From Rhizophagus irregularis (taxonomy: Eukaryota), in assembly GCF_026210795.1 (NCBI RefSeq), contig NC_089431.1, positions 1,922,001-1,986,000 on the forward strand: a stretch of 64,000 bases of DNA, in the 5' to 3' direction. Positions 38,650-52,348 of this stretch are shown here, piece by piece. The translations under genes were made by a program, and so were the position numbers. Numbering within the stretch: position 1 is the stretch's first letter; each line of letters opens with the position of its first letter. Under the pieces are notes generated by a model that saw nothing but the letters and a program-made list of their open reading frames with translations, was not told the DNA's origin and did no database searches.

Positions 38650-40519
38650 TATGTTAACGTTCTTTGTATTAAGATATTTAAAAGTAGCTGAGAATAGGAT
38701 AAGATAAGCAAAAATATTTCAAAGAAATTTTTTTTCTTCAATATTAAAAATTTACTGTTTTTTATTGAAAAAAAATAAATAATAAAAATTCAGCAATTTA
38801 TATAGTTTTTTATGAATGAGGGTTATGATTGATTTATATTTATATATTTATTAGAGTGAATCCAATTTTGTTGTACCAATTTTGATCACCAACAAAAGTT
38901 TCGATTTTTGCTTCTTAACTAATTGATAACACTTTTTTCACATTATAACACTGAACTATTGAATAATATATAAAGTTAATCACAAAGAGAATTCGAAGAT
39001 GAGCGCTGGCAATGATTGTGAAGGTACAGTTTATTGATACTGCTTATTCATCGGAAAACGTTCCGAGTCATCTGATTAATGATTCTGATAAGATAAGTGT
39101 TCTTAAAGAAAATGGTTTTAAACGGAGAAAAAATTCCTTTAATAAAAAAATTTTATTTTATACCTGTGGAATATAGGGCTGATAATTTGATGAAACTTTA
39201 TCATGTACGGGTGATTTAAAAAAAATTTTTTTTTTTATCTCGTGAAAGAAGATTCAAAACAATATAAATTTTTTTTTTGAATTGTAAAAAAAAATTTAAA
39301 AATAAAGTGATTATATCACTATTTTCTCGGAAGAAATTGATTTTAGTTATTCAAATATCAAATGTTTTGATTAAAGGTCCTATGATCAATATATTTGTTT
39401 CAAATAAGCAATATTTTTTTTTTATTATCAATTTACTCATATCAGATATGACTAAATTATAAATTTAAAGCATTTTTAGTTTTACCGAAAGGTCATTTGA
39501 TCAATTTTCTTGCATAAATGTATTCAATTTTTCTCCGTTATCGCTCTTAACTAAATATTGTATAAATGCACATGTGATATTCGGGACGAAAACATTTATT
39601 AAATTACTAATTAATCGTAATAATCTTATCCGATAAGATAAGATAAGAAATTTAGTATGTACAACACATTTAGCATTTAGCAGGCTTACATATTATAGTT
39701 TTCGCAGATCGGTAGTAGTTTGGTGATTTTTAACAATAACCGACGTTATGTTCAAATTCACTCAATAAGCTATTTAGTTAACATGTATTTTACCTATACT
39801 GTATGTGATTAATACACCAAAAAATATCAAAATCATAAACAGCATGATCTATTTAAATTTTAAAAAAATTGCCGTTTTAAAATATTTAAAGTATTATATA
39901 CTAATTAATATATTTCATCATTATTAAAATTCTTCAATTTTACAGAAGATTTATTTAAAAATTTAGTTTTGAAAACTTCATATATTTTTTTAAAGAAATA
40001 TTAACACATTTTTAAATCTTTGAAAAAACAAATATAATTACTTTGCAATAGCTTTTAAAAATAGTTATTAATCAAAAGAAAAATAATAATAAATATAATA
40101 TTTATAGGAATCTTTTAGATTCTTAAAATATTTTTATGATAGTAAAATAATTAATAAAAAAACACAGATTTAATGGTAACTATTGGAAATTATTCTGGTA
40201 AATTAAAAGTTTTTTTAGTAAAAAAAATCTTTTAGTTTTAATAAACAATCTTATATATAATAATATCTATTTATTTATTTTTTTTAAAAAAAAATTACTC
40301 TCAAAAAGGAGCGGTGGTGAAATAGAGAGAGTCGGCAATGAAAAAGCAATGGGTTCAAGGGTATTTTGAAAAAGAGAGGGAGTAATAACATAGACACCAT
40401 GTATTACAAGTTATGTCCTAAAGACCCAAACCTTTGTATTTATTTTTCACATGTATTAATAAAGTCAGTTTTATCACGTAACATTGAATAATTCTTTTGT
40501 ATATGAAAATATTGATCAT

Positions 40520-40941
40520 TAAACTTAAGGCTAAGAAAACCAATGAGAAAACTAGGCTTGCTGAGCTTGAGGCTAGAATTTTAAAACTAGAGCAGGACCA
40601 GGTAGAAAGAGAACCTAAGAAAAATTAAGCAAATTCCAGACTAGATGCATCCAAATAGCTAAGGAAATTCTTAATGAGAAACTTATAATCGAATATCACC
40701 CTTCTTTCTTGGACAGATTAGAGTTTGATGCCTTCTTCCAAAAATATCGAATTGCATTGGAGGTGCAAGAGGCTTAGCATCAGCTTTTATAGCATAAGGA
40801 TGTTAAAAAACTTGTTAATTGTAATCGGTAAAAATAATGTATATGTCAAGATAATGGAATTTTCCTTCTTGAAGTATGGTACAATGAAAAACTGGAAATT
40901 GTTATTCCAGAAAGAATACAAAAAATTAAGGAGTTACATTG
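40520..40941 (+). pseudogene. Coiled-coil plus Vsr/DUF559-like endonuclease remnant
   Basis: LAELEARILKLEQ, then EYHPSFLDRLEFDAFFQKYRIALEVQEA*H..CICQDNGIFLLEVWY, with stops and frameshifts. Confidence 0.6.
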
Positions 40942-42929
40942 ATCAAGCATTCAAAAGTTTTAATCAAACTCTACGTTCAAATTTTGATTGATGTAGTTTA
41001 TGTCACATCACAATCCTTTCTTGAAAAACTCATAAATATGTCAGAAGTACAGTTTCTCCAGTTTCAGTTTCCTCATTATATAGAAGAATAACTAAAAAGA
41101 GCAAGTAAAAATTTTAAGTCTTCCATAAATTGGACAAAATACAAAAAGTGAATAAAAGCCAGGAAGCCATTCAAGAATACGATGAATTATTGTCCATAAA
41201 TCAGACAGATCAAAAACTCAAAAATAGATGGATCTTTTTACAAAAAATCAGTTGATAATTAGTCTTAATATTAATGAAGAAATTAAGGAATTTAAATTTG
41301 ATAAGGCATGTGGCAAAATGAACTAGTTGGACCAAAAATTAGCTCTTTTTTTTAAAAAAAAAAAATTAGTAATATGAAAAAATTAGCTCTTACAATATTG
41401 TACCTAAAGAATTATATATATATATAATAATCTTGCCAAATAATCATTTTCTAATATTACGAAAAGGTGGTTTAGATATCTAGTTTATTTCTATGATCAT
41501 AATTTTTATTCAATTCTCAATATATTCTTTACAAATAAAATCTTTGAAGATCATAATTAATATTTTTTTATTATACAGTATGAAATGCAATATGTAATTT
41601 TTTTATGCAAATAATAAATCAAAAACGCGTTTTTTATATAACTATACAGTATATTTTTTTGTGTGATGTAGCAAATATGGGATTGTAATCAATTTCCAGA
41701 ATGAAATCATCTTTACGCAATAAATCTATTTAATAATTTTAGACCCATTATAAAATATATATACATGGTAAAGGAGGCTCTCCTAATTAATGATTCTTTT
41801 ATCCAAAATCTAAGCAACCTTATCTCTATATCAAAATCAAATCTGAAAATTTTGGATACTCTTCTTCAATTCAAGGTTGGAAATTGTACTAGCATAGTAC
41901 TGTACTTACTAAAATTTGAGAATTAGTACATAGTATATGTGATGTTATATTATTTTTTTTATATTAAGTACAAACTATACAAATCATGTGAATTTAAATT
42001 TTTATTAAATAAAATTCTTTATTAACTTTATTTATTATTACCAAAAAGGACAAGACAAATTATCTTTAAATATAATATTTAATTTCCATTTTACATCATT
42101 ATTTTGTGCTGGATGATCAATATCCTCGACATTTATATCATATAAGTTAAGATCATTATCATTATCTATTTATAAACATTAGTCAATTTGATTTTGAAAT
42201 TATCCTTCTATATCAACATCTTTATTATCAGTATCTTTATCATTTTCTTTAGCTTTTACATGATTTATTCCATCTATTATCACTTACTAATCTTCAAATC
42301 AAATATGGTGCATAACACCAGGACTCTGAAAAATACATAAAAAGGTCACATTTGAGTTTGCTTAAAAAGAACCAAAATTTTCATGAAAATCTTGCCTTTT
42401 TTAGATAGTGCCGGCTTAAATTTTATTGTCCGTTTTGATACTGGTCAGCATTATCATAATTCTGGTCCTAAAAAGTTGCTTATTTTAGGCCAAAATCTTG
42501 CTAATCATTTATGACCTCCATATGTATTTTTTGGGGTCCTATGACACCTATACTTATCAAAAATATTGCATAGTTCCTAATTGTATCTAGTTTTTCAATT
42601 TATATTTTATTAAAAGATTAAACCAATTTTTATATAATTTAAGTTGTTCTCTTTTAAAAAATTAGTTTACAATTTTAGATTAGCTTAATTATTAAAAAAG
42701 TTATCAGAAGTCAAAAATAAGACATATTATTATAAATTAAGCAAATTCGGACTAATTTTGCAGAGGTAATTACAGGGGTAATTTTATAGATTGACCAATA
42801 AAATAAGAGATCTTTTATTACGTGATAACAATTTATCAGGTTAAACATTGTTTAAAAATTTTTTAAAAAAAACAAAAAATACCATCTTTGTCTAAACAGA
42901 AAAAAAATTAAAAGAGCGGTTACGTACAA

Positions 42930-44780
42930 TAAATGGCCAATATGATATTAAAGAAAAGTATAAAAATAATCATAAATTAATGCTAGTTAATAATAATAAC
43001 ACAAAAAAATATCACGAAAAGAATAATTATAATAAAATTGCTGATGTATTCAATCCTCTTTACAATAATCCTGACTTTAATAATATTTCAGGTTTGGGTG
43101 ATGATGGTAATAATGCATTAGTTAGTGATTTCTTTAATAAAACTGAGGATTAGAGCGATGATAATAATAGTGGATGAGATAATCCAAAAGATGTAAAAGA
43201 TGAAACAAAAGAATTTGATTTAGTATAGCAAGATAATAATCAATTAGAAAAAATAAAATGAGGACCATATAAAATAAGCAAAATACAAAATCAACCTATT
43301 ATGATAAATATGATCCAAATGGTTCATTAACTAAAGTAACAGTTAGTACAAAAAAAATTACAAATTTCTTTAAAAAAAGTAATGCTTAGGATACCAATCA
43401 ATTATCTAATTTAAACACATTAGAAGATGCTTCAAGTAGTTTGGAAAGTGATATCATTAATCCATATCTTATCAAATGACTGAAAAAATAAAAGAATTAA
43501 AAGAACAATTAGAAAAACAACACAGTTAGTTAACAGTTACAGAATACAATTATAAAAGAGCAATATTTGAATATCTTACCCTATTAAACAGTAATAATGG
43601 GCATGAACAAATGAATATCAGTTTAGAGGTTATCCAAAAAATCTTTATTAATGGTGGTATATGAAAAGTATGAAAAATTCAAACCCTTATAAGATATTGG
43701 TTAATAAACAATGACCTTTTAGCATCTAGATGTGAAAAACATCAAAAAACAGTTAGAGTGATTAATGATGAAGATGTTGTAGAAAGATGTCATGTTTGGA
43801 TCTAAAAACAAAACTTAAAAATTTTGTTGAGGATGAATTATTTCTTACTATTGGAATTGCTAAAAAAAAGACTATTAGTATAAAGACTGCAATAAGATGT
43901 AAGTGATTTTAAAAATAATATGCAATTATTATCATATATAATATTAATTTTAATAATTATATTTATTGTAAAAAAAAAAAGGCTTAGAGTTGCTTGGTTA
44001 TTCATTTCAGCAATATCATCATGGAATATATTATAATGGATATGAAAGGAAAGATATGCTGCAATATCAAAAGGAATTACTAGAAAAAATATTTGATCAT
44101 GAAAATTACATGTCCAAATATGAAGGTGAATTTATAGATCAAATATGCCCTAATTTACCTGAAAGAGGGAAAAAAAGAGTTCTTGTAGTTCATGATGAAT
44201 GTATTTTCTATTCAAATGATAGAAAATGTGAATTGTGATCTAAAGATGGTGAGATGCCATTTCAGAAAAAAGGAAATGGAAGATCTATTATGATCAGTAA
44301 ATTTTTAACTGAAATTGATGGATGTCTACGTTTGCAGTAAACTGATATAGAAAAACATCCTTATGTACCTGAAGAAACATGATGTTACTTAAAATCTGGC
44401 ATAAATCAAGAGGGTTATTAGACAGCAGAACATCTTCTTGAACAAATTGAATATAAAGCAATTCCTATTTTTGAAGTCCTGTATTTAGACTGTGTGGCTA
44501 TATTCGTATTTAATAACAGTTCCAATCATGCTGCTTTTAGTAAGGATGTTTTAGTTGCAAGTTGAATAAATTTAAATCCAGGTGAAAAGCAACTATTTAT
44601 GCAAAATACTTTCTTTGGACTAAATAATTAACTATAATCAATAGTATTTCCAATAATATATTATGGCTAAAAACTCTGTGGTAAGCCAAAGGGAATTAAG
44701 TAAGTATAAAGTATTAATAAAGCGTAGAAAATGGCCACCTGGAAGATTAGTATTGGAATGCAATAAATGTAAAGAAAAAG
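42930..44780 (+). mobile_element. Degenerate DDE transposase (IS630/Tc1-related fungal family)
   Basis: GIYYNGYER.D..YQKE, VHDECIFYSND, KKGNGRSIMIS, EGY*..EHLLEQIE.KAIPIFE, F.NSSNHAAF, NLNPGEKQ, GKPKGIK. Numerous stops. Confidence 0.8.
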
Positions 44781-44884
44781 TTTCTTTCTGCCTCCTTTTT
44801 TGAAAGTAATATAAGTTTTGTTTTGAAACTTACATATTTTTTTTAAATTTATTTTTTTTAATTCTTTTTTTTTTTAATTTAAAA

Positions 44885-47460
44885 AATGACTTAACGTTTC
44901 TTTTTGTTATTTTTTTGTAAGATGTATACTAGAAGGTCACTGGCTTGAATACTACAAAACTGGACTTTAAGATAATGAAAAATGGGATAAGAGGAGATTT
45001 TTTGCTATTTTTAATTTAAGAAATAAACTAACGTTACTTTTCATTATTTTTTTTTATAGGATGAAGGATGTCAGGACGCTGGCTTGAATACTATAAAACT
45101 GGACTTTAAGGTAGTGAAAATGGAAAAGGGGGGAATTTTTACTATTTTTAATTTAAGAAATGAACTAACGTTTCTTTTTATTATTTTTTTTTATAGGATG
45201 GAGAATACCAACTTGAATACTACAAAACTGGACTTTAAGGTAGTGAGAAATGGAAAAAAAGAGGATTTTTGTTATTTTTAATTGAAGAAATAAACTAACG
45301 TTTCTTTTCATTATTTTTTTTTGTGATGGATGGATGTTCAAGCAATAATACTACGAAACTGATTTTAAGGTATAAAGGGGACAAAGGAAGGGGACTTTGC
45401 AAAGAGGAACTAAGATTTATACAAATCTTAGTTTTATTTTTTTTTTATTATTTTGGAACGGTTACTAATAACCATTCTTTTTTTATTTAGGTTCAGGTGG
45501 GTTTCTGAGTTCCAAAGAATGGAAGACTAAAGATTCATAAGTATGAACCTTTTTTTTATTTTTTATTTTTATGGAATGATTTACTAACTGTTCCTTTTTT
45601 TATAGGTTTGGTGAGCTTCTGATAAACAGGAACTAATATTCATAAAAATCTTAGTATTTTTTTTTATTTTATAGAACGGTTTACTAACTATTCCTTTTTT
45701 TTATAGGTTCAGATGAACGGGAAACTAAAATTCGTAAGAATCTTCATTTTTATTTATTTTTTTTTATTATTATGGAACGATTTACTAACCGTTCCTTTCT
45801 TTTTTTATAGGTTCAGTGGACTTCTGACGAACGGGAAACTAAAATTTGTAAGAATCTTAGTTTTTATTTATTTTTTTTTTATTATTATGAAATGGTTTAC
45901 TAACCATTTCTTTCTATTTTTTATAGGTTCAGTAGGCTTCTGATAAATGGGAAACCAAGATTCATAAAAATTTTAGTTTTATTTATTTTTTTTTATTATT
46001 ATGGAACGGTTTACTAACCATTTCTTTCTTTCTTTTATAGTGTTAAAATAGAAATGTGGCGCAGTAATTTTATGTAGATCAATTTTGTAGATCATTTCAT
46101 AGATCCCTTGATTTTTTTGATTTTTTTGATTTATTTGATAAATCTGATAAATTTGATAAGTTTGATATATTTGATTTATTTATTTTATTTTATTTATTTA
46201 TTTTATTTTATTTATTTTATTTGTTTGATATATTTATTTTATTTTATTTATTTATTTTATTTTATTTATTTATTATATTTGATTTATTTATTTTATCAAA
46301 TATTCTTGATTTTTATTTTATTATAAATAGTGATAGGATTTTACCAAGTAGAAGGGGAAGGTCAGTTAGTTAGTTAAGAATTGTATTGTAGTTTTCAAGT
46401 TATACGAAAAGAGTATTATTCCTAGTAGTATAATTTAAAATAATTAATTTCGCAACAAAGAGATTATCTATATTTTTTATTATATTTAAAATCTTACATT
46501 ATTTTAATAAAAACCTATTTTCTTTAACTGAACATCTAACGTTATTTCACGTGATTATTTGTGATCAACTTAAGACTCTCCTAGTTAAACTCCAGTTAAC
46601 CTGTTAAAGCGTTAAAGTTTTTCAGTCGACTTTAATCGTTAACAGGATAACAATAGGTTTGGTAGGCTTTTGATAAACGGGAAACTATGATTCATAAGAA
46701 TATTGGTTTTTATTTATTTATTTTATTATTATAGAATGGTTTACTAACCGTTTCTTTCTTTTTTTTATAGGTTCAGTATCTTGGAAGGGCTTCCGAAGAA
46801 TGGAAAAACCTAAAGATTTGTAAGTATGAGTATAAATCTTTTAGGTTTTATTTATTTTTTTAATATTATGAACAGTTACTAATAACCTTTCTTTTTCTTT
46901 TATTTTTTATAGGTACAGGTGGTTTTCTAAAGAACAAAAAACAATAAACTGAGGTTCGTAAGTATTTTACTATAAACTTTATATTTTTTTAATATTATGA
47001 ACAGTTTATTAACCATTCTTTCTTTTTTTTTAAAGAATCAGATAAATTTCTGAAGATTGGAAAATGGAGAACTAAGGTTTGTTATAAACCTTAAATTTTT
47101 TTTTTAATATTACGAATAGTTACTAACTGTTCTTTTTCTTTTATTTTTTAATAGTTTAAGTGGTCTTCTGAAGAACAGAAAACGGAAAACTAAGGTTTGT
47201 AAGTATTATATTATAAACCTTAGATTTATTTTTTTTAATATTATGAACAGTTCTAACCGTTCTTTTTATTTTATTTTTTAGGTTTCGGGTAGACCTCCAA
47301 TCTTCAGATAAAGTGGAACTAAGATTTGTAAGTACGAATCTTAGTTTATTTATTATTTTTTTTTTAAATATTATAGAACAGTTACTAACTGTTCTTTTTC
47401 TTTTTTTTAGGTCTTGGGTGGATTTCTGAAGAATGAAAAAAGAAGATCAAGATTTATAAG
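44885..47460 (+). repeat. Tandem array of ~110-135 bp units, each shaped like intron plus micro-exon
   Basis: Recurring (TA)CTAAC - poly-T - TAG | 30-50 nt | GTAAG units. Confidence 0.85.
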
Positions 47461-47462
47461 TA

Positions 47463-48834
47463 CAGTCAACTCCCTCTATAGTCACTCCCGTTATAGTCAC
47501 ATTCTACTATATAGTCACACCAGTTGAATGTTCAAAACACTTTATTATTAAAATCTATCCTATATAGTCACAATCTATCTATAGTCACTATCACACCTAT
47601 CCTCAAAAATCTTATATTAAAAAGAACCGTTTATAATCACAGTTATATAAAGAATATATTAAATAACTTGGTATCTAATAATCGTACAAAGATGTATCAT
47701 AGCTAGTTAGAATCGTCTCACTCGGTACGAATCGAATGCGGTAGCTTTTATCCTTTTCCTTGTGCAAACAGTCTTATGACTTTATCTTTTATTTATATTT
47801 TAAATTTCGAAAATATAATCGAACAGTATTACAAAAATAAGAAAATAAACTAATAAAAAATAAAAAGAGTAGCTTCACAACTCATACAAGTAAAGAAATC
47901 TAAACTAAAGTAAAATTAAAGCAAAGAAAAACTAAACTATTACAGAATTGCATACCCCAACTTTACCCAAAGGCCAGTGTGAGTCAACTATCCAACATCC
48001 AAAAATCCAGTCCGTTACCAGAAAGAAATCCTAAGAGGTTGAACTGTTAAGCGGCGCAGAAAATCCAAGTGCGAGATCCATGATCCACCCCGAATTATAG
48101 AAGAGGATATCCAAAAAATCCAGGAATCCTGAGAAACTGTCGCCAAAGAAGAGTAGTTTTATCCTTTTCCAATCACTGGCTGATGAGTTATTCAACAAAA
48201 TGTTAAACATCGGCATTATAATATTTCTTGATTTACGTTTACTGCGCCATTTAACATTTTGCTAGATTTCTCGGTACCTAGTGATTGTAAAAAGACGATT
48301 TATAGCTCGTTGGAATCGCCTCATCGAGACGAATCGAATGGTGGTAAGCTCATCTCTCTGTGATTAATATTGACGGAGTTATTACTTAAAAACCATTTAA
48401 TATTTTTTAATTTCGGAAATTGATCTAGTGATTGGATTTCGATGTATCTTATACCATTAGATTCGTCTCATCAAGACGAATCGAATGGTAGTAAGATCGG
48501 CTTTCTAGGATCAATATTGGCAGAGTTATTACACAAAAACCATTAATATTTTTTTAATTTCGGAAATTAATCTAGTGATTGTATTTCGACGTATTTTATA
48601 CCATTAGAACCGTCTCATCAAGACGAATCGAATGGCGGTAAGATCATCTCTCTACGATTAATATTGGCGAAGTTACGATACAATAAAGTTTTAAGTATAA
48701 TTCTGGCTAAAATTATGTTAATTTTGGCCGGAATTATGATATACAAATATAAGAAATTTTTTATATAGTCACATCTCTTTATAATCACCAAATATGGACT
48801 GTCCCAAATGTGTGACTATAAAGAGAGTTGACTG
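47463..48834. mobile_element. Non-autonomous Tc1/mariner(pogo)-like element
   Basis: TIRs CAGTCAACTCCCTCTATAGTCAC / GTGACTATAAAGAGAGTTGACTG flanked by TA. Interrupts the host repeat AAG-TA-CGAATCTTA. Internal ~148-bp palindrome-bearing repeats. Confidence 0.9.
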
Positions 48835-48930
48835 TATATACGAATCTTAACGGAACAGATTGGTAAGTTTCAAAGTTTCACTTTACTTCAAAACTTTTTT
48901 TAAATTTTTTTTTAAAATTAATTTTTTTAT

Positions 48931-49240
48931 TAGAGTTTAAAATTTGTGCGCACCTGCGCATGTGCGCACCACCATAAATATATTATATATAAAAGTCAAA
49001 AATAACATTCTAAATCCTTCATAGCTCATTAAGTAAAGTTGTAGAATAGGCAAAAATACATATAATAAATAAATTTTTAAGGCTCTATAATATGTATGTG
49101 AGAGTTACAGTATGAATATTTAAAAAAATCGGGATTTTACTAAAATCACGTGATAATTAATGATTGACAAATTTACTATATAAAAATTACCAAAAATGGA
49201 GGGTGCGCATATGCGTGGGTGCGCACAAATTTTATTTCCT
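48931..49240. mobile_element. MITE with GTGCGCAC sub-terminal inverted repeats
   Basis: AAAATTTGTGCGCACC..GCGCATGTGCGCACC is inverted against GGTGCGCATATGCG..GGTGCGCACAAATTTT. Confidence 0.7.
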
Positions 49241-49347
49241 TTTTATTAATACTCTTTTTAACTTTTTATTGTTAGGTACTTAGGTTGTACTTCCTGAACA
49301 AAGTTTCAAAGAATAACTTCAAAATTTTTTTTGTAAGTCCTCCAAAG

Positions 49348-49645
49348 CAAGGGTTGGGAATTGTACTAGTACAGTACTAGTACAGTATAGTACAGTACTA
49401 AGTACTGTACTTGTACTTGTAAATTTAGTACAAATACAATTTTAGTACATACTATTAATAAATTTTATTGGTTAATTTTATAAATATAAACAATATTGAT
49501 CACATGATATCTACCTAAAATGGTTAAATTATATCCTAAAAAGTGATAATTGTATTAGTACAGTGTACTTAGTACTTGTACGAAATTCTTGCTAGTACAG
49601 TACGTATTAGAATTTTGCTAGTACAGGTATACTACCACAACCCTG
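49348..49645. mobile_element. hAT-type MITE
   Basis: Termini CAAGGGTTG / CAACCCTG with 8-bp TSD CTCCAAAG/CTCCAGAG and GTAC sub-terminal repeats. A related end lies at ~41872. Confidence 0.8.
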
Positions 49646-49827
49646 CTCCAGAGTATTTAATTAATTTAAAAGTTGTAAGTTTTGTTGTGAAGCCTACTGT
49701 CTTTTTTTTCATTTTCTTTAATGATTATTATTTTTATTAATAGAATATTTAGCTAATATTTAGTAGACTTTAGTATATAGATTGTTATAGTATATTTTAA
49801 TTTTAATAAAATAAATTCAATAATATT

Positions 49828-50332
49828 CCCTATAAAAAGTATTTATATTTAAAATATAATTAAAAACTTTTTAAAATATATTTAAAATATACTTAAAATA
49901 TATTTAATTTAAAAATTGCGAAATACTTATAATATACTTAAAATGTATTTAAAATTATCTTAAAATATATTTCTAATATATTTAATTTTTGCCCAAATAC
50001 TTAAAATATACTTAAATTATATTTAAATTAAAATTTAAGTATATTATAGATATATTTTTTACATACTTAAAATATTCTTATAATATATTTCATAATATAT
50101 TTTAAGTATATTTTAAGTATGTAAAAAATATACTTATAATAATCTTATAATATACTTAAATTTTAATTTAAATATAATTTAAATATATTTTAAGTATATG
50201 GGCAAAAATTAAATATATTAGACATATATTTTAAGATAATTTTAAGTATATTTTAGATATATTAAAAATATATTATAAGTATTTTGCAATTTTTAAATTA
50301 AGTATATTTTAAGTATAATACTTTTTATAGGG
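49828..50332. mobile_element. Foldback MITE with CCC..GGG termini
   Basis: TIR CCCTATAAAAAGTATT / AATACTTTTTATAGGG, ATT on both flanks, near end-to-end inverted AT-rich arms. Confidence 0.8.
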
Positions 50333-51489
50333 ATTTAGCATTATTATATCATTAACATAATTTATATAAATTCAATATGATGTTTATTATCTTTAAAATA
50401 ATGTACATCATTAATAGACATTAAAATTAGGTGATGCACATCAAATATTATGACATCGGTAGTACATTGCAGGGTCTGATGTTCAGCATTTCTTTATGAT
50501 GTACATTAAGTAACCAATGTATATTTAATAAACATTTTTCCCATAACTTCCTAATGTTGATAGAATAGCAGATTTGAGCAGAAATTTAAGCCAAAGATCT
50601 TTGCAGATTTTTACCCTAAAAAATTTACCGATGAAAGAAATTAAAAAAAATTGCATTGTTTGAATTTCCAAAAAAGGAAATTCTTTGCAGATCTTTTAAT
50701 TCTGGCCAGAATTATGCTATTTTAATACATATTAAGCATTGACATAGACAACGGGTAAACACTAGTATTAATAAAAAAACATTGTGAAAAAGGTTTTTAA
50801 TTATGAAAACTGATTTAGATCCAGATCAGATCGAATCTAATTTAGATTTGAATTAGATTGAATTGAATCTAATTTAATTTAATTCAAATTCAGATCAAAT
50901 CAGATTTAACTTAAATCTAGTCTGATCTGATCCATTCAGAATACTATTTGTATAATTTTCTTATATAAGGTGAGGATTCCTAAAAAAATATATAAATAGG
51001 TAAGATCTCAAGTTACTTAGAATTTACCAAAAAAATTGTATAAATCTTTCCTTTTTAAATAATACTAGCCAGAATTTAATTTTCTAATTTAGAAACTGGC
51101 TAGTATTATAACTATTATAACTATTATTATAGTTCTGACTTTGAAGAAATACTTATAACTCATAGTAAAATTTTTTTGGTTGGATCTTAACTATTTATGT
51201 ATTTTCTGGGATCCTATAAGGTGCTTTCTGTTTAACTACTTTAAACTTTTCATTGTATTCAATATAATGTTTAGAATTAGATATATTTGAATATATATTT
51301 GAATAATAATTAAATATGTTAAATTTTTTTTATAATAATAATTTACATAAATTTGACCAGAATTATGATTTTAACTTAATTAAATTTAAGGATTTAACAT
51401 TCAATTAAAATTTTAACTATACTATATCTGGCTAAATGAATACTTGAATAACTACTATACTTATTTAAATATTCAAATATACTCAAGTT

Positions 51490-51722
51490 TAGTGCTCCTA
51501 ATAGATCAATCTAATCAGATCAAATATCATAATCTAACAGTCCAATTTTAATAAACTTTTTTTTATTTTGATCAGCTTAATATGATCTACAAAACAAAAA
51601 AATAATTATTAAAATCCAATTACTAGATTATGAGATAATTTTTTTTAAATTTGATTCAAATTAGATCAAATTCAGATCAGATTACTAAAATTCTGATCTG
51701 ATCTGAATTTTTAGAAGCACTA
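51490..51722. mobile_element. hAT-type MITE
   Basis: TAGTGCTCCTA / TAGAAGCACTA termini with TSD CTCAAGTT/TTCAAGTT. An inverted partial copy lies at ~57605-57780. Confidence 0.8.
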
Positions 51723-52348
51723 TTCAAGTTATTCAAATAACTATTACATGATTCTTTAATAATACAATATTTTTGTTGATCCTATTTCATTTTAATAATT
51801 TTATCCTTCTAGCTCTTTGCTATATTATAAATACTCTTAAACAATAGGTCTGATAAGTAATATGGCAATTTGAAGTCATTAGTTATAGGATTTTGAGTCC
51901 CACTTTATACTTTTCAAAATCTTATCCAATTTTTGCTTTTTGTCAAATCCATTTGACTTTATGAATTTGCATTTTCTGGTATTTCTGTACAAAACAAAGC
52001 TACATTAATTAATGAAATAAAATCCAATTTTGTTAATAATTATGTTAAAAGAGGTTAGCATATTACATTCATATTGACCAATTATTACAATGCAAAGTCT
52101 TACCTTGATGTTTATCAAAATTGGATTAGGAAATCAAAAAAAAGCAAAGTTAGTTAATCATTTCAATATTACTCAAATAATTTGAATAATGAAATAAAAA
52201 TAAATCAATTTTTTTTTAATCTAGAAATTTTATTTCCAAGCTTATATTTCAATAGAAAAAATTTTATTTGATTGTTAAATAAGTTTGGTTGTTGATATCA
52301 GATGAGTTATCAAGATTATGTATTCAATAATATGTATATAATCTAGAT

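Noticed and set aside
46108..46326. Hydrophobic 72-aa ORF as a membrane peptide
   Set aside because: It is a translation of a TTTAT/TTTGAT low-complexity repeat.
44885..48660. CRISPR array
   Set aside because: Units are degenerate full-length tandem repeats without unique spacers, there are no cas genes, and the context is eukaryotic.
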